Below, one piece after another: positions 25,374-36,100 of a stretch of 64,000 nucleotides of DNA. Origin of the DNA: a virus (Duplodnaviria > Caudoviricetes); the IMG/VR virus record IMGVR_UViG_3300049144_000095, positions 1-64,000 of that record; one strand, 5' to 3'. The translations under genes were made by a program, and so were the position numbers. The notes beneath the pieces were generated by a model. That model saw nothing but the letters and a program-made list of their open reading frames with translations. It was not told where the DNA came from and made no database searches. Position 1 is the first letter of the stretch. The number at the start of each line of letters is the position of its first letter.

Positions 25374-27662
25374 GTGAGCTTCGTCTTCTTCGACGCCATC
25401 TTCCCCAAGGTGTCCAACGACGGCAAAGACCTGGGCTTCGTGGCCATCTCCCTGTACCCGGGCGGCAGGTACAGCGACAGCGAAGGTCCCACGCAGACGA
25501 TCTTCTTTGCGTGGCCGTCGCAGCGGGAAGATCTCGTCGCTTTCTGCCTGCACAATTCCGACAAGGATGTGTACACGGTTCCGGCGCTTTTCCGCGACCG
25601 AACCAGCCGCAAGGGACACAACATCGCGCACCAGTGGGTCGCCTACGCCGACGCCGACTCGCTACCCCTGGACAAGGTCAAGACAGAGCCCACCATGGCC
25701 GTGCAGACCTCGCCCGGTCATCACCACCTGTTCTGGGTCACTGAGACCGACGACCCCCACCAGCTCGTCGACATCTCGCGCACCATCGCCGCCGAGCACA
25801 AGGACGACGGCTGCGACCCGAGCGGCTGGGACGCTGGGCAGCTCCTGCGCGTGCCGGGAACCAGCAACAACAAGCCAGGACGCGACCACTGGCTGATCCC
25901 GCAGCCGAAGATGGGGCCCACGTACACCCTGAAGGCGCTCGCCGACATCTACCCGCCGTACAGCGCCGAAGAGCGCCCCTCGGCGGCCGTGGGCATGCCG
26001 CCGAAGAGCGAGTGGTTCTACACCGCCCAGTCGATCCGCGAGGCGGCTGACGTCTTCCGCGCCAGCCCCGAGGTGCACGATCTGTACGTCTCCGCACTGA
26101 AGCCCAACCAGAACCGCTCGGCGACGCTGTGGAAGCTGCTCAGCCTGCTGTCCCGGATGGATGTGCCACGTCACGCGGCCATGCACATCGCCTGGGAGGC
26201 CGCGTGCAACAAGTTCAAGATCGACGGCCGACCGGAGGAAGACCTCTGGAAGGAGCTGTGCAAGGCCTACGAGCATCCCGACAACCAGCCGGTACGCAAC
26301 TCCCTGACGGACACGAACCTCCTGCGCAAGGAAGTCGACCGGAGCGAAGAGAACCCCGAGAACAAACTCGCCAGGTTCACCGAGCAGGTCACCATCCTCG
26401 GACCGGAAGACCGCGACCTGATACCCACGGACACCTTCGTGGACCGCTATGAGGCCTGGGCCGCAACCTGCACCGACGCACCGCGCATCTATCACCGGGC
26501 CGGAGCGGCGGCGATCCTCTCTGCCGTGTTCGGCGAGTTCGGGAAGTGCCCGACGCCGCACGACACGAACCTCACGCTCTGGTTCTTCATCCTCGGTCCC
26601 ACCACCCGGGCGAGGAAAACGACCGCGATGATGATGTGCATCGACTTCCTCTCCGACCTGTCGGGGCCGGACTACCCCTACATCCTCGGATCGGACGTCA
26701 CGCCCGAGGCGTTGAACATCCTCCTCCCGGAGAAGAACGGCCGCACCTCCGTGTACTACCGGGACGAGGCTCACGGACTGCTGCTGGAGCAGTCGAAGAA
26801 GCGCTACCTGGTGGGCTCTCAGGAGTACGAGACGGAACTCTTCTCCGGCCGGGTCCGCAACTCGCTGCGCGTCGACACCGTGAAGGGGCAACAGGGCGAG
26901 CGCGAGGAGAGCGAGTACAGGAAGACCATCCGTACCAATTTCATCCGGTTCCTGTGCGGGACGCTGGAGCAGGTGTCCAACGCCCTGACCATCGAGAGCT
27001 ACCAGTCCGGTCACATGGCGCGCTTCCTCGTGGCGGAGGCCGACCCGCCGCCGCTGACCGAAGAGGCCATGTACACAGAGCAGTTCGACGGGCAGTACCT
27101 CGAACAGGACGCGATGCGCCAGGGACTCCTCAACGACCTCGCCGCCGCCCGGACGTTCTGGTCTGGCGTCACGGAGCCCGGCAAGGTCATCATGATTCCC
27201 TGGAAGGACGACGCCTGGAAGAGGCTCCAGAAGGCGAAGTACCTGCTCTACAAGGCGGCCGAGGGGCACGAGCTGGCAGAAGTTCTGCTGCCCACCATGA
27301 CCCGCATGGGCGACAGCATGATGAAGATGGCCATCCTGCTGGCCATGGCCGATCGCGAGAAAATCGTCACCATGCCGTACCTGCTGAAGGCGATGAGCCT
27401 GACCGAGGAGTGGTACCGCTCGACAACGCGGGTCGCCGGAAAGATTCTCCACTCCCAGTGGGCAGCCCGGCAGAGCGAGATCCTGGTGGCGATCCAGTCC
27501 CGCAGAGAGGGCGTCACCGAGCAGGACATCTACTCGCGATTCCACCTCAAGATGCACGAAAAGGAAATCGAGTCCGTCCTCCATGTACTCGCGAAGGCGG
27601 GCCGCATCACCAGGGTTCTGGACCGTGGAAGGGTGCGCTACGTCCCCGTCGCAGGAAACTGA
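25374..27662 (+). CDS. Primase-helicase: RepB-type AEP primase + DUF3987-like P-loop domain
   Basis: YADAD, QTSPGHHHLFW, LLRVPGTSNNK; GPTTRARKTT, YRDEAHG. Confidence 0.85.
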   Translation: MSFVFFDAIFPKVSNDGKDLGFVAISLYPGGRYSDSEGPTQTIFFAWPSQREDLVAFCLHNSDKDVYTVPALFRDRTSRKGHNIAHQWVAYADADSLPLDKVKTEPTMAVQTSPGHHHLFWVTETDDPHQLVDISRTIAAEHKDDGCDPSGWDAGQLLRVPGTSNNKPGRDHWLIPQPKMGPTYTLKALADIYPPYSAEERPSAAVGMPPKSEWFYTAQSIREAADVFRASPEVHDLYVSALKPNQNRSATLWKLLSLLSRMDVPRHAAMHIAWEAACNKFKIDGRPEEDLWKELCKAYEHPDNQPVRNSLTDTNLLRKEVDRSEENPENKLARFTEQVTILGPEDRDLIPTDTFVDRYEAWAATCTDAPRIYHRAGAAAILSAVFGEFGKCPTPHDTNLTLWFFILGPTTRARKTTAMMMCIDFLSDLSGPDYPYILGSDVTPEALNILLPEKNGRTSVYYRDEAHGLLLEQSKKRYLVGSQEYETELFSGRVRNSLRVDTVKGQQGEREESEYRKTIRTNFIRFLCGTLEQVSNALTIESYQSGHMARFLVAEADPPPLTEEAMYTEQFDGQYLEQDAMRQGLLNDLAAARTFWSGVTEPGKVIMIPWKDDAWKRLQKAKYLLYKAAEGHELAEVLLPTMTRMGDSMMKMAILLAMADREKIVTMPYLLKAMSLTEEWYRSTTRVAGKILHSQWAARQSEILVAIQSRREGVTEQDIYSRFHLKMHEKEIESVLHVLAKAGRITRVLDRGRVRYVPVAGN

Positions 27663-27674
27663 CGGAGGGACACT

Positions 27675-28622
27675 GTGCCCCGACAGGCAACGGGGCGGCC
27701 CCCGGGACGGCCTCCAGGAGACCGGTACGGGGCGCCCCAGGAGAGGATCAGCAGGGCGAAGACCTTGCTGCCCTCCCTGGGGCGCTTCCCGCACCTCCTG
27801 AGGGCTGTCGACAGGGTCATGGCTGACCCCAACCGGACGGTCTTCCGCAGCCCGTACAACGTCAACCCGGCCGATGTCGACCTGCTGCACGTCTACAGCC
27901 CGGCCGAGCGAGGCCAGATCCTCTCCTTCACCTGGTGGGCCTACGTCAACCGCAACGCCTGGAGCAGGCGGCGCAAACTCGCGGCCGTCACGCTGCTCAG
28001 TCCCCTGATGATGTTCAGCTCGGCGTTCTTCGAGGAGATGACGGACATCCCCTACAAGAGCGCGTCCAAGTGGATGGTGCGCCCTGAGGGGATGATGCCC
28101 AGCCGCGTCACGGGCTCCTGTGACATGCACATCGTCCACCAGGCGCTGGAGGCGGCGGCCCAGGGTGATGCCGAGTTCAGGCTCTTCACGGCCGACATGG
28201 TACGGGACAAAGGAGTACCGGAAGCCATGGCTTCACGGTTGAGCGGAGTGCCGAAACCTGCCCTGCTCGACCCCGGCCGGGGTGTTCAGTTCACGCCGGT
28301 TGGCCCTGATCTGATCACGCTGTCGGTCCGCCCGAGAGAAGAACACTTGGCCTGGTGGGGCGCGGCAGGTGAGCGGGAGCGCGCCCTTTCCCCGCATGTC
28401 TACGGTCAGGAATGGGTGCGGGATCTTCTGCCCGAAGTGCTCCTGAAAGAAAGCATTTTTACCGCCACTCCCGTACCTCGAAATGGGGAGGAATGTTACC
28501 ATCTTTGCATCCCCGGACTGCCCCAACCTCACCGGGCAAAGCATCTCGGGGCCCGCTACTACCAGATGCTCCATGCCTGGGAAGAGAGGTACATGCTCCC
28601 GGGGCTCACGGGCACCACATGA
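27675..28622 (+). CDS. Hypothetical protein
   Basis: RBS GGAGG; between primase and polymerase. Confidence 0.65.
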   Translation: MPRQATGRPPGRPPGDRYGAPQERISRAKTLLPSLGRFPHLLRAVDRVMADPNRTVFRSPYNVNPADVDLLHVYSPAERGQILSFTWWAYVNRNAWSRRRKLAAVTLLSPLMMFSSAFFEEMTDIPYKSASKWMVRPEGMMPSRVTGSCDMHIVHQALEAAAQGDAEFRLFTADMVRDKGVPEAMASRLSGVPKPALLDPGRGVQFTPVGPDLITLSVRPREEHLAWWGAAGERERALSPHVYGQEWVRDLLPEVLLKESIFTATPVPRNGEECYHLCIPGLPQPHRAKHLGARYYQMLHAWEERYMLPGLTGTT

Positions 28623-28638
28623 CCGCCGGGGGGCAACG

Positions 28639-30645
28639 GTGCAGGACGACATAGTCGGGTTCGACATCGAAACAGCAGATGCCGAACTGCTGTTCAAAGG
28701 CGGGCATATCGGGCCGTTCGTCCGGCTCGTCGGCTGGGTCATCGGCGACGGGGAGCCGCAGACCTCCACCAACCCGGCCGACCTGCTCGAAGTTCTCAGC
28801 CGGGCCCGGGTCATCTACGGGCACAACATTCTCGACTTCGACCTGATCGCGCTCGCCTGGCACTGCGGCGCGGACTACCCGTCCCTGGCCGCCAGGAGCA
28901 TCGACACGCTCGTGGGCGAACGCACCATCAACCCGCCCTACCCGAAGTACAGGAAGGACGACGCGACGCAGCAGCGGCGCACGGCCATGGCCCTGCGCAG
29001 GCATGGTATGTCCTTCACGGACCTGCGCATCAGCTACCGCCTGGACGACGTGGCCGCGCGCTACGGACTGCCCGGCAAGACGGACGACCTGGCCAGGCTC
29101 GCCGCCCAGTACGGCGGCTACGACAGGATCCCGCTGGACCTGGAGGAGTACCACGACTACCTGCGTGGCGATCTCTACGCCTCCCGGGCCGTCTATCGGG
29201 AGATGGGCCGCCGGGCGCAGCTCAAGGGTCTCCTTCAGCCAGCAAAACGCGAGATGGGCATCGCTGCCATCCAGGGAGGCATGCACCTCAAAGGCATGCC
29301 CGTGGACGAGCCGGAGGTGGATGCCCAGGTCGAACTGGCCGAGCAGCAGCGCGCTGAGGCCTACGCACTGCTGAACAAGAAGGCCGGGGTACCCCTCCCC
29401 AACTCCGAGATCCGCTATCCGGTCATGTGCGAGATCCGCATCCCCCGCACCACGCCACGCGGCAAGGAGATCCGCAGGCGCTACGAGTCCCTGTTCAAGC
29501 GCTCCTGCCCCGACATCCGTGAGGGCGTCCGGTGGCGCACCAAGGTCATCGGCGCCTCCCCCCTCACCACCACCGAGGGCAGGGCCGCCTTCAGAGAGGC
29601 CCTGCTGGCCGCTGGAGTCGCCCCCAACGACGTTCCCTACACGGAGAAGGGTGCGCTCGCGCTGTCCCGTCACGCGCTCGGTGAGGGCTCCTGGCTGCGA
29701 GGCAAGGAGTCCATCCCGGGCCTGCTGGCGAAGTACCCCGACAGCCCCGAGATCCGCGAGCTGTGCGAGGCGGCCATCCTCATCACCTCCGCAAGCGCCA
29801 AGGCGGAGGAGGTCAAGAAGGCCATCTGCCCGGACGGTCGTGTGCATGCCCGCATCGGCGACATCCAGGCATCCGGCCGGTGGGCGCACGTCGAACCGTC
29901 CATCACGAACATCGGCAAGCGCGGCAAGGCCCAGAAGCGGCAGCGCGCCATGTTCGCGGCCCGGCCGGGTTACGTCTTCATCGCCATCGACCTCGACCAG
30001 GTCGACGCCCGCGCCATCGCCGGATGGTGCCAGGACCCCGAGTACATGGCGCTGGCCCGCCCCGGCATGGACATGCACTACGAAGTGGCGCTGCGCGTCT
30101 ACGGGCCCGGTTCCTGCAACGACTGCCGTAACTGTGCCGAGTGCAAGGAGCGCCGGAGCCGCACCAAGGCGATCACGCACGCCTGGAATTACGGCCAGGG
30201 GCCGCAGGGTGCCTCCGTGGCCACCGGTCTGCCGATCGGAGTCACCAGAGCCTTCGACGAGGGCATGCAGAAGGCGTTCCCCGTCCTGTGCGCCTGGCGC
30301 GACCGGATCCGCAGCTACGCCGAGCGCACCGCCACTGTGCCCAGCAAGTGGAAGCGCCCGCTGCGCGTCATCCCCGGGCATGAGTACACGCAGGCGCCAG
30401 CGCAGGTCGGTCAGTCCACGACACGTGACCTGATGTGCGACGGGCTGTTGCGCATGGACCCCGAGGTGCGCTCCATGCTCTGCCTCGTCATCCACGACGA
30501 GATCGTCCTGGAGGTACCTGAGGACCGGGTCGAGGAGATCGCCGAGAAGGCCATGGCCGCCCTGACGACAACCTTCGAGGGTGTACCCATCACGTGCGGC
30601 GTCTCCCCGGCGGCGAAGTCATGGGTCGGCTGCTACCCGGACTGA
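28639..30645 (+). CDS. polA: Family A DNA polymerase with 3'-5' exonuclease
   Basis: GFDIET, GHNILDFD, YLRGD; ASGRW..PSITNI, DLDQVDAR (A), RSRTKAITHAWNYG (B), VIHDEI (C). Confidence 0.95.
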   Translation: MQDDIVGFDIETADAELLFKGGHIGPFVRLVGWVIGDGEPQTSTNPADLLEVLSRARVIYGHNILDFDLIALAWHCGADYPSLAARSIDTLVGERTINPPYPKYRKDDATQQRRTAMALRRHGMSFTDLRISYRLDDVAARYGLPGKTDDLARLAAQYGGYDRIPLDLEEYHDYLRGDLYASRAVYREMGRRAQLKGLLQPAKREMGIAAIQGGMHLKGMPVDEPEVDAQVELAEQQRAEAYALLNKKAGVPLPNSEIRYPVMCEIRIPRTTPRGKEIRRRYESLFKRSCPDIREGVRWRTKVIGASPLTTTEGRAAFREALLAAGVAPNDVPYTEKGALALSRHALGEGSWLRGKESIPGLLAKYPDSPEIRELCEAAILITSASAKAEEVKKAICPDGRVHARIGDIQASGRWAHVEPSITNIGKRGKAQKRQRAMFAARPGYVFIAIDLDQVDARAIAGWCQDPEYMALARPGMDMHYEVALRVYGPGSCNDCRNCAECKERRSRTKAITHAWNYGQGPQGASVATGLPIGVTRAFDEGMQKAFPVLCAWRDRIRSYAERTATVPSKWKRPLRVIPGHEYTQAPAQVGQSTTRDLMCDGLLRMDPEVRSMLCLVIHDEIVLEVPEDRVEEIAEKAMAALTTTFEGVPITCGVSPAAKSWVGCYPD

Positions 30646-30874
30646 GGTGGCCCGCTTGCAGGTCACAAACGGGTCACAACCTCCTGCATCGACAGGAAGG
30701 GCCGAATGACGCTTGGGGCCGTCCACGGTCCGAAGAGAGGGCGATGATGCGCGCAACACGTGAAGGATTACCCTCGGCCGCCACTCATCTGCCCTGGATT
30801 CGGCGTCCTCAAGTAGCCGCCTGCCGAACGGATTCGAGGATGACGGCCCGGGGGGCAGCGTGCACCATGAGGGC

Positions 30875-31015
30875 ATGAGCGAGAGCACCGAACATGTGAC
30901 GGTCGTCCCGGCCGAGTTGTACGAAGACATGATGAACGACGATGCGCCAGCGGAGCCGGACCCTGCACTCCAGGAAGCAGCTCAGCGCGCCAAGGAGCTG
31001 ATCGACCGAAAGTAG
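30875..31015 (+). CDS. 46-aa protein resembling the DUF1778/TacA antitoxin C-terminus
   Basis: MSESTEHVTVVPAELYEDMMNDDAPAEPDPALQEAAQRAKELIDRK; CACCAT 6 nt before ATG (leaderless); hairpin after. Confidence 0.5.
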   Translation: MSESTEHVTVVPAELYEDMMNDDAPAEPDPALQEAAQRAKELIDRK

Positions 31016-31024
31016 CCGTCACCA

Positions 31025-31066
31025 GCACAAGGCTCCGCACGCAGACAGCCGTGCGGAGCCTTGTGC
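31025..31066. terminator. 17-bp perfect hairpin
   Basis: GCACAAGGCTCCGCACG/CGTGCGGAGCCTTGTGC. Confidence 0.75.
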
Positions 31067-31167
31067 GTGCCGGTCGCACCGATGTGCGGGCTTCCGGTTA
31101 TGTGCGCACCCGAAAAAGAGGCAGCAGGCGACGGGATTTTTATACAGGAAAACCTAAAATTGAAGGC

Positions 31168-31728
31168 ATGGATGCTCACGCGCGCAAGGACGCTGACGGC
31201 TACTTCCTGAACGCCATGGACCCCGGGGGAAGTACCGGACTATCCCTCTTCCACGTGAAGCCCGACGGCTTCCGCCTCCTGGAGTACGTCACCGTGCCCT
31301 GGGATCCACGCAGTGGCCTCAACCCGACCACCACGCTGGTCCAGTGGCGCCTGGAGTACCCCGGAATCCACCACCTTCTCTACGAGGACTTCCACATCCG
31401 GAACACCGAGAACGCAGCGGCCACCGATCCCACCGCTTTCCTGGTCATCGGTGCCGTCGAGCAGGTGATGTTCGACCGTGGGCACACCATGTACGAGCAG
31501 GTCTTCACGCAGGAGCCTGTCGCGGGCAAACGGATGGGCACCGACGAAGTCCTGGAGAAACTAGGTCTCCACATGGACCACCGCCATGCTCAGCGCCACG
31601 TAAGGGACGCGAACCGGCACGTGGTGACTCATCTGGTGAGCCGCCGGTACCTGCCGGTGTGCCAGGTCGCCTTCCCCAGAAGGTCCGTCAGGACCCGTCA
31701 AGCAATACTCCCTCATTCGCACCTGTGA
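31168..31728 (+). CDS. RuvC-like Holliday junction resolvase
   Basis: AMDPGGSTGLS, LLYEDF, HVRDANRH; TAAAAT 7 nt before ATG (leaderless). Confidence 0.8.
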   Translation: MDAHARKDADGYFLNAMDPGGSTGLSLFHVKPDGFRLLEYVTVPWDPRSGLNPTTTLVQWRLEYPGIHHLLYEDFHIRNTENAAATDPTAFLVIGAVEQVMFDRGHTMYEQVFTQEPVAGKRMGTDEVLEKLGLHMDHRHAQRHVRDANRHVVTHLVSRRYLPVCQVAFPRRSVRTRQAILPHSHL

Positions 31729-32170
31729 GCCTGTTCCACTCCAGCCAGCTCAGCACTTCTACGGTGCCCACGTTGATCGTGGCTGTCATCGAGCTGGACT
31801 CTCCGCCCTCGTCCGGGTTCAGAGCCCCTGTGCCGCTCTCCGTCTGAGCGCCCCAGGCGTAGACGGTCACTGTGTTGCCGGGATCCAGGTGACCCCACCT
31901 GTTCACCGTGAGAGTCGCCCGGAGCGGAGCGGGGGTCGTCTCGTGGAACTGGCTGATGTAGATGAGGCTGCTCACACCGGTCGCGGTCTGCACCAGGTCG
32001 CGCTGGACTCCGTCGATTTCGAGAGAGACGGAGAAAGGCCCCTCCGGGCGCTTCTGGGCGAAGGTGAAGTAGAGCCGGATGCCGCCCAGCGTATCCATGC
32101 CGTCGGGAGCGGGGACGTCGAAGTCGAAAGTGGCGGAAGCGCCGTCCGGGGGGATCTGGACAGTGGTCAT
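31688..32170 (-). CDS. Beta-rich protein, last gene of tail operon (probably virion)
   Basis: Coupled to upstream gene; ends LLDGS. Confidence 0.6.
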   Translation of the reverse strand: MTTVQIPPDGASATFDFDVPAPDGMDTLGGIRLYFTFAQKRPEGPFSVSLEIDGVQRDLVQTATGVSSLIYISQFHETTPAPLRATLTVNRWGHLDPGNTVTVYAWGAQTESGTGALNPDEGGESSSMTATINVGTVEVLSWLEWNRLTGANEGVLLDGS

Positions 32171-32355
32171 TCTTCTCCCGTCGAAGTGGCTCCGGTGTCG
32201 GTACCTTGTCCTTGTCCGCTGATGTGCTTGAGTGCCTTGGCGAGCTTCGCCTCCAGTACCGCAATGGTGTGATGCGCGTCGGAAAGCTGTCGCTGATATG
32301 AAGCGATCACGTCGTCCGACGAAACAACCGAGAGGTTTGTCACCGTACCGCCCAT
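32167..32355 (-). CDS. Small coiled-coil protein
   Basis: YQRQLSDAHHTIAVLEAKLAKAL. Confidence 0.6.
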   Translation of the reverse strand: MGGTVTNLSVVSSDDVIASYQRQLSDAHHTIAVLEAKLAKALKHISGQGQGTDTGATSTGEE

Positions 32356-33104
32356 TTGTCTGGAAGAAGTCCGTTCTGTACGACGTGATTCACTACACGC
32401 CTACGCATGATCTCTGGAACCTGTGCCTGCATCAACGCCTGCTCCACAAATCCCTGACGCACGCCCTCCAGCTCGGACTCTCGGTCGGTCAGAAGCTGCC
32501 GTATGTCGTCGAGCGGCTTGGAAGAGACCAGTTCGATCTGCTGCGTCTGTTCCTGCATGCGGTCGGAGGTCTCCGAGCGCGTTTTCACTGTATCGGAGGA
32601 GAGTCCGGTCATGCCCTTGCAGGGAAAGGTCTGCTTCTCTGATGAAGACAGACATCCCTTCACGTCCTCGACCCCGGAAAGCACCGTGTCGATGCACATG
32701 CGCATCACTCCATCCGTAGTGGCAGGCATGACGGCAGGCATGATGCGCTGCATCACGTAGGAGGGAGCGAATGACTTCATACGGGATGGGGGGGCCTCGA
32801 AATAGTGCTCCGTGATTGCAGCAAGAGGATGAGGTCCGTAATCGATTTCCTCCTGTGGATGGTAATACCGCTCCAGATCCTTCAGCTCCATATCGATGGT
32901 GCTGGCGTAATCAGGGAGGCCCCACATCTCCTTTCTGTAGGCAATCCCCTGCAAGCGGATGTGGTGTCCGAACTCGGTGGGATCGTCGAGGTTGTTCGGA
33001 TTTTTGTGCACCACGATGAGCATGTCGGACGCCGGATCGTACTCCTCCTGGGGGCGCGGCTCATGAGGTCGGAGAACATATCGAACAACGTGGAATTCAG
33101 GCAT
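32340..33104 (-). CDS. Hypothetical protein downstream of tail tip gene
   Basis: 254-aa ORF in operon orientation. Confidence 0.65.
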   Translation of the reverse strand: MPEFHVVRYVLRPHEPRPQEEYDPASDMLIVVHKNPNNLDDPTEFGHHIRLQGIAYRKEMWGLPDYASTIDMELKDLERYYHPQEEIDYGPHPLAAITEHYFEAPPSRMKSFAPSYVMQRIMPAVMPATTDGVMRMCIDTVLSGVEDVKGCLSSSEKQTFPCKGMTGLSSDTVKTRSETSDRMQEQTQQIELVSSKPLDDIRQLLTDRESELEGVRQGFVEQALMQAQVPEIMRRRVVNHVVQNGLLPDKWAVR

Positions 33105-33110
33105 GGTTCC

Positions 33111-36100
33111 TCACGGTGTGCCACAGAAGGCGACGAAGAAGACTTCGGTTGTTCCGGCGCTGGATGCCCACTGAAAGCCGCCTTCGGTGCCCTTGGGGAA
33201 GGAGACGATGGATGACGTGACTGGTGTGTTTCCTCCATTGGGGGTGAGGAGTGGGTAGTACTTGCGCGTTGTCACCACTCCGTAGGCGTACGTCCCGTTC
33301 TGGAATGCCATCCGGTCAAGGCGCATCATGTCATTGCTGGAATGACCAGTATTGAACATGCCGCCGATGCGGAATCGGGAAGTGGCGTTGTCCCAGAATA
33401 TGCCTTGCTGGCTGATGGTTTCAGATCCCCAGAATCTGGATATGGTGGTTTTGGTCACGCCATAGGCAAGCTGGATGTCGACACGGCCGGACGAGTTGGC
33501 TGTAGCTTCTGGCGCACTCAGGACGAGACCCTTGGGGTCCCAGCCTCCGGTGCCCGCATTGTCCACCTGAAAGATGCGGGGAGGCAGGCCCGTAGAAGGA
33601 GTCAGCCCCTCGAATCGAATGCCCGCCTGACCGTTGTAATTGCCGTTCTCGGTGATCTGAATGGTGGTTGCGCCCGAGGATTGGCTCTTCATCTCGTAAT
33701 AGGCGCTGCGGATCGAGTGCTTGGCCGTGATGGCGTCCGCGTTCAGGACGTCAGTTGTCACTGCGTTGGCTGCAAGTAGCGGAGTCTTGATCATCCCGTT
33801 ACCGATGAACACGGACGATTCCTGCCAGACCTCGATCTGGCTGAACTCCAGGGCGACGCCTGGCGGTACGCCGTTTTCGAATCGGGCGTATATGTACGGA
33901 ATGATGCCGACGACGCCATTGAGAAGGGGGTAACCGGCGGCCGACTCAATCGTATATGTGCCATTCTGTGTAAAGGTGTAGTCGCCGGTCAGTACGCCCG
34001 AGGTGCTGAGGGAGACGCCGGTGCGCTGATACTGCCGCGCCAGCATGGAAACGGTGATGATGCCGGATCCCAGGCCACCGGCGGGGATGCCCGAGACGGT
34101 GACCACCATGCGGGCCTTGTAGTTGCCCGTCAGAACTCCGTCCGTTCCGCCAGGGCGGGTCACCGGCCACGCCAGCTCCGGGGTGGTCAGCGTGTCCCCG
34201 GGGAAGGTCTGGAGCCGCACGAACAGTTGGGTGTTGTTCGAGAAGCCGAAGCGGTTGAATGCGTTCACGGAATTGACGTTGGTCAGCTTGACGGAGCCGG
34301 TTCCGGGATAGGTCCACGTCACCCCACCCGCAGACGACGCTACGGCCATGGCGAGGCGGGCGTCGTTGAGCGGTCCGGAGGTGAACGTCGGGTCGACCAT
34401 GAGGTTCGACGAATCGCCGACCGCCAATGACTGCACGCTGAGACTGTGCGCCTTGATCTGCTCAGCGGTCAGAGTGCCTGCGGCGATATTGTTGGCTGTG
34501 ATGCTGTTTGCGGCAATGTCCGGGCCGGTGACGCCTTGCACCACAATCTGGCTTACATTCGAAATGCCGGAGATGACGGCTGCACTGTTCATTACCTTGA
34601 AGCGGACATAGACGGTATCGCCGACATTCCACGTCGGAGTGCCACCCTTGCCGCTCATGATGATCGAGGATCCCGGGGAGAAGATGTCGCCCGCATGGAA
34701 CCAGTTGGTCTGATCCCGCGACACCTCTACCTGTATCTCGCGGAACTGGGCGGGATACGTCCCCCCGGCTGAATCCTTGCCGTCCCATTCGGCTTTGACC
34801 GTGCTGAGTTTGGTGGACAGCACTGGAGCTGAGGGATTATTCAGGGCTGCGGTCGAATAGTCCATCCTCCGGGTGATCGAGGACGACCAGTCGGAGGGGT
34901 AGCCGGACTCACGGATCGCCTGCACCCGGAACTCATAGTCGTAGCCGGAGTCCAGCCGGGGAATCTTGCCGTGGATGATCTGCCCGCTGGACGGCGAGTC
35001 GGGCTGGGCCACCACCACCGTGAACGCCTGTGACCAGTTGAAGTCGGAACGGCGAGCGCTGACGTTGTAGCGCGCTACGTCGATGTTTTTGCCGAAGATG
35101 TCCTTGGTGACCACCGTGAAGGCGACGTCGGCCATCGAGACCGGGTCACCGATGGATGAGAAGTAAGGGTCATTGGTGACGGAAGACAATGTCGGCTTGG
35201 CGGGCTTGGCACTGCTGACCGGCTGAGATGGCTTGCCGCTCCCGGCGCCCGTACCGCCGCCGCTGACGGGTCCTCCACCGTTAGTGCTTCGGGCTATCCA
35301 GCGTTCAGTCTGGAGCGCCCGGTCGGTGAAGCGGTCGTTCAGAGTGAGGGAGATGGAGACGCCGTACGGATCCTCGCCCGAGAGCGTGATCTGGTAGACG
35401 CGCATCGCGGCCTTCTGGGCCCCTGTGGGGGCATCGCTGGTCGCTCGGATCCAGTCGCCTGGACGGTAGTCGAACAGGGGGACCGGGGCGCCTTCGGTCC
35501 ACATGAACTTCTTTGTGTACTGGGTACGGCTTTTGTACTTGGTGGCCAGCAGGTTGTCGGTGATCTGCGCGAGCACCTGAACGTCGCTGACGCCGCTGGC
35601 GGAGATCGCCTCGTCCCACTTGCCCCACGGATAGTCCGTCGGGTTGTCGGGCATGACGACCATGCCTGCCGTCAGGCCGTTGTCTCCGATCGCTACGAGC
35701 GTTCCCGCGACCTCTTCCCAGGTGCGCTCCACTGGCTCCTCGGAGGTCGCCAGCATGCCATGAATGTGGACGCCGGTGTCCGTGTCGAGTCTGCGGGCAA
35801 GAGTGCCTTCCGTCGTGTAGCACTCCAGGGCCCGCTTGTTCATGCGCCAATCGAAGAAACCCTGCCTGGCGAAGCTGTCCAGGATCGACCAGGCGTCCTG
35901 CCCGTAGTCGAAGGAGACGTTCCGGATGACTTCAGGCCAGCCGTTGCCGTCCGAGTCGAACAGCGGAGTGAAGGGGATCGTCAGCTTGGGCACGTTACCT
36001 CGCGCGTGAGCGAGGACAACCATGTCCACCAGAGGCCTGGCTGCACTCATGGTGACCGTGTAGACGACCTGGTTGTCCTTGTTCAGGCGCGGGTTGTCGG

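Noticed and set aside
22640-30495. Very long - strand ORFs (994, 825, 629 aa) and similar overlapping ORFs throughout
   Set aside because: Antisense shadows of GC3-biased genes; no motifs, and they overlap clearly identified genes
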